IMG/VR virus record: IMGVR_UViG_3300033170_000477
Source of the DNA: an uncultured virus (IMG/VR IMGVR_UViG_3300033170_000477)
Taxonomy: Duplodnaviria > Heunggongvirae > Uroviricota > Caudoviricetes
Length of the DNA stretch: 64,000 bases
Strand: one strand, 5' to 3'
Shown here: positions 57,857 through 64,000 of the stretch, piece after piece
Layout: every line of letters starts with the position of its first letter
How positions within the stretch are numbered: the stretch's first letter is position 1
The notes under the pieces: model-generated
The model's input: only the letters and a program-made list of their open reading frames with translations
What the model was told of the DNA's origin: nothing
The model's database searches: none
Position numbers and translations under genes: made by a program

Positions 57857-58399
57857 ATGAAAATACGAGTTTTATATGAAGACAACATCAAAAACGGTCA
57901 CAAGAATTACACCACAATTGAAATTCCAGATGGAGATTACAGCGTCATGCTGGATATCGACTATGCGCAACGTCTTGAAGAAGCAAAGCCTGAAAAGAAG
58001 GCGGAGGTGAAACGCTGCGAGACTGTCCAGGAAATGTTCGACCTCATGAACAACAAGGAATACAACCAATGGCGCCGCTACCATAGGCATCTTGGTAATC
58101 TCAAGACACCTTATCGAAAAGATGATGAGGTTGAAATAGATGTCATGGATACTTTCGCTGATAACTCTCAGGAGATAGAACGCAATCACCAAGATGAGTA
58201 TGAATCTGTCTGCCAATGGATACGTACTGCTCTTGTTAAAAAACAGGATTGGGCAGATATGTTTATCGCAGTACGTATTGACGGCATGTCGATTCGAGAA
58301 TATGCCAGTTCCATCGGTGTAAGTGAAAACAACATTACTCAGAAGTTAAAGCGAGCTACACAAAAATTAAGAAAAGAAATTGAAAACCGTCAGATTTGA
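57857..58399 (+). CDS. Sigma-like regulator (copy 2)
   Basis: Highly similar to 541-1089. Confidence 0.7.
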   Translation: MKIRVLYEDNIKNGHKNYTTIEIPDGDYSVMLDIDYAQRLEEAKPEKKAEVKRCETVQEMFDLMNNKEYNQWRRYHRHLGNLKTPYRKDDEVEIDVMDTFADNSQEIERNHQDEYESVCQWIRTALVKKQDWADMFIAVRIDGMSIREYASSIGVSENNITQKLKRATQKLRKEIENRQI

Positions 58400-58428
58400 C
58401 CTTCTCCCAAGGCTACTAGGTAGGAGGT
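58387..58428 (+). promoter_or_regulatory. Conserved motif TCAGATTT-N13-GGCTACTAGGTAG (copy 4)
   Basis: Same position relative to sigma-like gene as copy 1. Confidence 0.65.
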
Positions 58429-58463
58429 CAAGACCTCCAAAAAAACACAAGGAGGTAATTCTA

Positions 58464-59132
58464 ATGAGAGAATTAATACCAAAAGATCAATATGGTGTGT
58501 TTGCCGACACCAAGGATACGGCAAGAGTGGATAGTTTGTTTGTGGCAGAGTTTTTTGAAAAACGTCATGACCATGTTATTCGAGATATTCGAAAAATCAC
58601 TGACCCCAAATCTGGGTTGAGTGAAGTTTTCATTCATTCCAACTTTAAAGCTGATTCTTATAAGGACAGCACAGGCAGAAGACTACCCTGTTATGCCATG
58701 ACTCGTGACGGCTTCACTATGTTAGTCATGGGATATACGGGACAAAAAGCTATGAAGTTCAAAGAGTTATACATCAAACGTTTTAATGAAATGGAGCAAT
58801 TTATTAAGACGCTTGTTTCAGCCCGTAAAGAGTTCCCTTTGCTGACAGACAACATTAAGCTGCTCCATGAAAATCCCAAACCATATCACTTCAGTAATGA
58901 ATGCGACATGATTAACCGCATTGTTACCGGGATGTCTGCAAAGCAATTTAGGATAGCCAACGGTATCGAAAAAGGTAAGAGCATCCGTCCCTACCTATCC
59001 GATGAGCAGATTACGATGCTTGAAACTTTGCAGAAAGTGGATGTGGGTTTGTTAGTAGCTGTTCCGGACTATCAGCAGCGAAAGCGTCATCTGGAATGGT
59101 ACAAGTTGAAGATGGAAGAAAACGCAAATTAG
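58464..59132 (+). CDS. Rha family protein (copy 2)
   Basis: Homolog of 1154-1816. Confidence 0.9.
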   Translation: MRELIPKDQYGVFADTKDTARVDSLFVAEFFEKRHDHVIRDIRKITDPKSGLSEVFIHSNFKADSYKDSTGRRLPCYAMTRDGFTMLVMGYTGQKAMKFKELYIKRFNEMEQFIKTLVSARKEFPLLTDNIKLLHENPKPYHFSNECDMINRIVTGMSAKQFRIANGIEKGKSIRPYLSDEQITMLETLQKVDVGLLVAVPDYQQRKRHLEWYKLKMEENAN

Positions 59133-59145
59133 GAGGGTAATTATT

Positions 59146-59367
59146 ATGTTTTATGTGAAAGAAAAATTGAACGATACCACGGCGGTATCCATTGAAATAA
59201 CAGATGAGAATGTGTTTTGTCATTGTCCTATGTGTGGTACTGAGGTGTCGGTAGACATTGCAGAGATTTTAAGTGACAGAGAGAGTGACCTATTTAGCAC
59301 TGCAGTATTTTGTGATGCATGTGGTAAGAAGGTTAGATCTGGAGGCAGACATTATGAACATAAATAA
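59146..59367 (+). CDS. Small Cys-rich phage protein (copy 2)
   Basis: Homolog of 1831-2052. Confidence 0.7.
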   Translation: MFYVKEKLNDTTAVSIEITDENVFCHCPMCGTEVSVDIAEILSDRESDLFSTAVFCDACGKKVRSGGRHYEHK

Positions 59368-59788
59368 ATTCAATGCAGAAGGGTATCATGACCCAACTCC
59401 CCATAAAGCACTTAGCAATATAGCCCGTGAGGAAAAGGCAGCAGCAAAAGCTGCCTTTAAACCCCTTGTCTATATTTGCTCTCCTTTTAGTGGCGATATC
59501 GAAAACAACAATAAGCACACACGAGCATTTTGCCGTTTTGCTTTAGATAAGGGCAATATCCCGCTTGCTCCTCACCTTCTATTTCCACAGTTTATGGATG
59601 ACAGCAAAGAGAAAGAGCGTGACCTCGCTATTTTCATGGATATTATCCTGATGGGAAAATGCCAAGAGGTCTGGGTTCTAGGTGATGTGATTTCAAGAGG
59701 CATGAGTATTGAAATTGAAAAAGCAAAGAAACGCAGACAGCCGGTTAGATACTTTAATAAAGATTTTGAGGAGGTAGAGTCTCTATGA
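59354..59788 (+). CDS. DUF4406-like protein (copy 2)
   Basis: Homolog of 2039-2470. Confidence 0.7.
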   Translation: MNINKFNAEGYHDPTPHKALSNIAREEKAAAKAAFKPLVYICSPFSGDIENNNKHTRAFCRFALDKGNIPLAPHLLFPQFMDDSKEKERDLAIFMDIILMGKCQEVWVLGDVISRGMSIEIEKAKKRRQPVRYFNKDFEEVESL

Positions 59789-62142
59789 AGATAGCATACG
59801 GCAACAGCCGAATGGATAAAAAGTGGAAAAACACAGACATCAGCTGGGAGGATTTTTGCTCTCGTGTTAAGACCACGCAGCGTACTACTGAAACCGTAGA
59901 AGAATATCGAAAAATGAGAAAAGGTGGTCAGGATTCCATTAAAGATGTCGGCGGTTTTGTCGGAGGTCATTTAAAAGATGGCAGACGTAAAAAAGGGAAT
60001 GTTCTATCACGCTCCATGCTCACCCTTGATATGGATTATGGCACGAGTACTATCTGGGAAGAAATCTCTACCTTCTTCCCTTATCAGTGTTGTATCTATT
60101 CTACTCATAAGCATACTCCAGAACATCCAAGATTAAGGCTGATCATTCCACTCTTTCGTGATGTGGGAGAAGAGGAGTATGCAGCCGTTAGTCGCATGGT
60201 CGCAAAAGAAATCGGCATCGACCTTTTTGATGACACAACCTATGAACCAGAACGATTAATGTATTGGCCGTCTACTTCTAGAAATGGCATTTTTGTGTAT
60301 GAGGAAAAAGATGGTTCTCTCCTTGATCCTGATGAATTTCTAAATAAATACGATGATTGGCGAGACACCAGTACTTGGCCCGTATCCTCTAGGCAGTCAG
60401 AAGTACTTGATCGCTCATTAAAAGAACAAGCCGATCCACTTTCAAAAGAGGGAGTTATCGGTACTTTTTGTCGTAGCTACTCAGTAAGCACTGCAATCGA
60501 TACGTTCTTAAAGGATATATACGAGCCTTCAGCAATGACTGGTCGCTATGATTATATCCCGGCTGACTCCAGTGCCGGTGTCATACTCTATGATGATAAG
60601 TTTGCCTATTCCCATCACGCAACAGATCCTGCAAGCGGGAGACTGCTTAATGCTTTTGACCTTGTTCGCATCCATCGATTTAGTCATTTAGATGATCGAG
60701 CGACAGAAAGCACACCTCCAAGCAAACTCCCATCCTTTATCAACATGTGCGAATTTGCCATCCAAGACGATGAAGTAAAAGCACAGTTTACGAAAGAGCG
60801 GATGGAACAGGCATCAATCGATTTTACGGAGGACAACTGGCAGACAGCGCTTGAACTGGATAAGCAAGGAAAGATTAAGGACACCTTGGATAATATCGTT
60901 CTCATCATCCGTAACGATTCAGAACTAGAATCCATTGCTTTTAATAAGCACCGTGATGGAATCGATGCAAGAGACGGACTGCCTTGGGAACAGATGAAGG
61001 GCGGCTGGAATGATTCAGATAATGCAGCCCTTAAAGTTTATCTGTCTAATAAATATGGCATATACTCCCCAACCAAAACAAAGGACGCCATACTAGCAGT
61101 CGCAGCAGAGCGATCCTATCATCCTATAAAAGAATACCTGGATCATCTACCAGAGTGGGACGGAACCGATCGCGTTGAGACCTTACTGATTGATTATTTT
61201 AATGCAACAGATAATTCCTATACCAGAGCCGTTACTAGAAAAATGATGGTGGCAGCAGTCGCTAGAATTGTTCATCCTGGTACGAAATTCGACAGCGTTT
61301 TAATTCTGAATGGACCACAAGGCATCGGTAAGTCTACCTTCTTTGCAAAGCTTGCAGGCGATTGGTTTTCTGATAGTTTAACCCTCACCGATATGAAAGA
61401 CAAAGCAGGCCCTGAAAAACTTCAAGGGTACTGGATCTTAGAACTGGGCGAACTAGCTGGCATGCGAAAAACCGATGTGGAGGTTGTGAAATCCTTTATT
61501 TCAAGATCCGATGATAAATACCGTGCCAGTTATGGGGTGAATGTTGAAAGCCACCCACGTCAATGTATCATTGTCGGCTCTACCAATGCAGAAAGTGGAT
61601 TTTTGCGAGACATCACGGGTAACCGAAGATTCTGGCCAGTGCGTATTAGTGGTGACGGTAAAAGAAAAGCATGGCAGATGTCCGTATACGATGTAGAGCA
61701 GATTTGGGCAGAAACTTTGGTACTTTATGGGAAGGGTGAAAAGCTCTATTTAGAGGGCAGTGATGTAGAGTTGGCAACGAATGAGCAGGCAGATGCCATG
61801 GAAAGTGATGAGCGAGAAGGGCTTGTTCGCACTTACCTCGATACGCTTTTACCCGATGACTGGAATGACCTGTCCTTATACGAGCGAAGAAACTACCTAA
61901 ACGGTAGTGAATTTGGTGGGGAATCCCGTGTTGGCACGGTTGAACGTACGCTTGTTTGTAATATGGAAATTTGGTGTGAATGCTTTGGAAGGGATGCCTC
62001 CGCCATGAAACCTGCGGACTCCTATGCCATTGCAGGCATTATGAAAAAGATTAATGGGTGGAACAAGTACCAAGGGAACAAGAATGGAACAAGTAATTTT
62101 CCCATTTACGGTAGACAACGTTGTTACGAGAAGAATGAGTAA
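59785..62142 (+). CDS. VapE family primase/helicase (divergent copy 2)
   Basis: YSTHKH..PRLRL; GPQGIGKST; DITGNRRFWP. Confidence 0.88.
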   Translation: MKIAYGNSRMDKKWKNTDISWEDFCSRVKTTQRTTETVEEYRKMRKGGQDSIKDVGGFVGGHLKDGRRKKGNVLSRSMLTLDMDYGTSTIWEEISTFFPYQCCIYSTHKHTPEHPRLRLIIPLFRDVGEEEYAAVSRMVAKEIGIDLFDDTTYEPERLMYWPSTSRNGIFVYEEKDGSLLDPDEFLNKYDDWRDTSTWPVSSRQSEVLDRSLKEQADPLSKEGVIGTFCRSYSVSTAIDTFLKDIYEPSAMTGRYDYIPADSSAGVILYDDKFAYSHHATDPASGRLLNAFDLVRIHRFSHLDDRATESTPPSKLPSFINMCEFAIQDDEVKAQFTKERMEQASIDFTEDNWQTALELDKQGKIKDTLDNIVLIIRNDSELESIAFNKHRDGIDARDGLPWEQMKGGWNDSDNAALKVYLSNKYGIYSPTKTKDAILAVAAERSYHPIKEYLDHLPEWDGTDRVETLLIDYFNATDNSYTRAVTRKMMVAAVARIVHPGTKFDSVLILNGPQGIGKSTFFAKLAGDWFSDSLTLTDMKDKAGPEKLQGYWILELGELAGMRKTDVEVVKSFISRSDDKYRASYGVNVESHPRQCIIVGSTNAESGFLRDITGNRRFWPVRISGDGKRKAWQMSVYDVEQIWAETLVLYGKGEKLYLEGSDVELATNEQADAMESDEREGLVRTYLDTLLPDDWNDLSLYERRNYLNGSEFGGESRVGTVERTLVCNMEIWCECFGRDASAMKPADSYAIAGIMKKINGWNKYQGNKNGTSNFPIYGRQRCYEKNE

Positions 62143-62366
62143 GGTCGTTCCTTGTTCCTTAGTTGTTCCTTATGCTTGTTCTCTTAAAAACCCAGTCATT
62201 ACCGACATTTTGGCTTTACTGGAATGAGTGGAACAAGAGTTTTACTACTTAGTAATAAATTAATAAATAGTAGTAGTAAGGCATCGTGAGCGTGTGTATG
62301 CGCGCGTATAGGAAAAAACGTTAAAAGTTGTGCTTGTTGTTCCTGATGAATTGTTGGAGGTCATTT

Positions 62367-62648
62367 ATGCAAGAAAAACATATAGAACAAAAACTGGTAG
62401 CGACAGTAAAAAGCATGGGAGGTATTGCCCCGAAATTTGTGAGTCCTGGAATAGATGGAATGCCCGACCGCATCGTGTTACTTCCCATGGGAAGAATCGC
62501 CTTTGTCGAATGTAAGGCGACAGGAAAAAAGATGCGACCTTTACAAAATAAAAGAAAGAAGCAATTAGAGGCATTAGGCTTTCTAGTCTATTGCCTTGAT
62601 GATATAGAACAGATTGGAGGGATACTTAGTGAAATACAAGCCACATGA
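62367..62648 (+). CDS. VRR-NUC nuclease (copy 2)
   Basis: Homolog of 5047-5331. Confidence 0.9.
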   Translation: MQEKHIEQKLVATVKSMGGIAPKFVSPGIDGMPDRIVLLPMGRIAFVECKATGKKMRPLQNKRKKQLEALGFLVYCLDDIEQIGGILSEIQAT

Positions 62649-63981
62649 ATACCAAAGCTATGCCACTGAATTCATTTTATCCCATCCCATATCGGCTGTA
62701 TTTCTTGAAATGGGTTTAGGTAAAAGTGTAATTACCTTATCCGCCATATTTGATTTGTGTTTAGATAGCTTTCTCGTTTGCAAGGTGTTAGTGATTGCAC
62801 CTTTAAGAGTAGCAAGGGATACATGGCCTGCCGAAATCAATAAGTGGGATCACTTAAAAGGACTCTCTTACTCGGTGGCAGTGGGAACAGAAAAAGAAAG
62901 AATCGATGCCCTCAAGAAACAATCAACACTATACATCATTAACCGTGAGAACGTAGATTGGCTGGTTCATAAAAGTGGTACTCCTTTTCATTTTGATATG
63001 GTGGTCATTGATGAGCTGTCATCCTTTAAGTCTTATGGTGCAAAGCGGTTTAAGAGTCTACTTAAAGTAAGACCCTCTGTAAAAAGAATAGTCGGCCTTA
63101 CCGGAACTCCCTCCAGTAATGGATTGATGGATTTATGGGCAGAATTTCGAATTCTTGATTTGGGTCAAAGGCTTGGACGCTACATTAGTCATTATCGAAA
63201 TACCTATTTTAAGCCAGATAAGCGAAATGCCCAGATTATATTTTCTTATAAACCACTGCCAGGTGCAGAAGAGGAAATCTACAAACAAATATCAGACATC
63301 ACCATTTCTATGAAATCTACCGATTATCTCAAAATGCCTGAATATGTCAGCAATGAAGTATTTGTCACTTTAAGTGATAAGGAATGGAAGGTTTACTCAG
63401 ATTTCAAGGAAGACATGGTGGCTAACTTAGGTGATGAAGATATTGATGCGGTTAATGCGGCAGTCCTTTCTGGAAAACTGCTACAGATGGCAAATGGTGC
63501 AGTATACGATAGCGAGAATAAGGCTCATGTGATTCATGACAAAAAGCTAGATGCCTTGGAAGATTTAATCGAAGGAGCTAATGGGAAACCGGTCCTTGTT
63601 GCTTATTGGTATAAGCATGATTTAGAACGAATTAAAGATCGATTTCCGGTCAGACAAATTCAGTCATCGAAGGATATTGAGGATTGGAATAATAGCAAGA
63701 TACCCATTGCTGTTATTCATCCAGCCAGTGCAGGTCATGGTCTTAATCTTCAAAGCGGCGGCTCGACTCTGATCTGGTTTGGTCTGACCTGGTCACTAGA
63801 GCTGTATCAGCAAACTAATGCAAGACTTTATAGGCAGGGTCAAAGGGATACAGTTATTGTCCACCACATCATCACCAAAAACACCATCGATGAAGACGTA
63901 CTGCTTGCACTCACAAAAAAAGAGAAAACTCAAGATGCCTTGATTGATGCGGTAAAGGCAAATTTAGAGGTGATGCGATGA
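62629..63981 (+). CDS. SNF2-like helicase (copy 2)
   Basis: Homolog of 5877-7241. Confidence 0.92.
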   Translation: MKYKPHEYQSYATEFILSHPISAVFLEMGLGKSVITLSAIFDLCLDSFLVCKVLVIAPLRVARDTWPAEINKWDHLKGLSYSVAVGTEKERIDALKKQSTLYIINRENVDWLVHKSGTPFHFDMVVIDELSSFKSYGAKRFKSLLKVRPSVKRIVGLTGTPSSNGLMDLWAEFRILDLGQRLGRYISHYRNTYFKPDKRNAQIIFSYKPLPGAEEEIYKQISDITISMKSTDYLKMPEYVSNEVFVTLSDKEWKVYSDFKEDMVANLGDEDIDAVNAAVLSGKLLQMANGAVYDSENKAHVIHDKKLDALEDLIEGANGKPVLVAYWYKHDLERIKDRFPVRQIQSSKDIEDWNNSKIPIAVIHPASAGHGLNLQSGGSTLIWFGLTWSLELYQQTNARLYRQGQRDTVIVHHIITKNTIDEDVLLALTKKEKTQDALIDAVKANLEVMR

Positions 63982-64000
63982 CAGAACCTTATCAAGATTT

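Larger units (their letters stand above)
45460..64000 (+). mobile_element. Prophage-like element 2 (partial; R-M cargo, regulator and early module)
   Basis: Begins with rlmD-like C-terminal fragment; 57657-64000 is homologous to 341-7260. Confidence 0.72.

Noticed and set aside
57657..64000. Assembly duplication of the window start
   Set aside because: Copies differ by many substitutions, a diverged VapE and the HNH indel, so they are distinct elements

Overview
AT-rich Firmicutes (Clostridia-like) DNA carrying two related temperate-phage-like elements in tandem, both on the + strand. Element 1 (<1 to ~45459) runs: sigma-like gene, Rha, VapE primase/helicase, VRR-NUC, HNH, SNF2; packaging module with MetK and a DNA methyltransferase; HK97-type head; siphovirus tail with a GH18 protein; holin/endolysin; a DUF2800-DUF2815-PolA replication block placed after lysis; a three-gene serine recombinase cassette; and a minus-strand KdpDE-like/Trk potassium cargo. 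A junction carrying pieces of the rlmD/rumA 3' end (DMFPxT twice, then HVEAVVLMSRVDK*) lies at 45348-45501. Element 2 starts there with an unusual Type I R-M locus (degenerate MTase-TRD gene, ADP-ribosylglycohydrolase-HsdM fusion with NPPF, second HsdM with NPPY, HsdS, HsdR) and an ImmA/IrrE-HTH regulator. A second copy of the early module follows and is cut by the window end. Main leads: the ARH-fused dual-MTase R-M system, a conserved switch-like leader RNA in front of both sigma-like genes, and a fixed-spacing motif that brackets the gene modules. All product calls come from motif recognition by eye; no searches were run.
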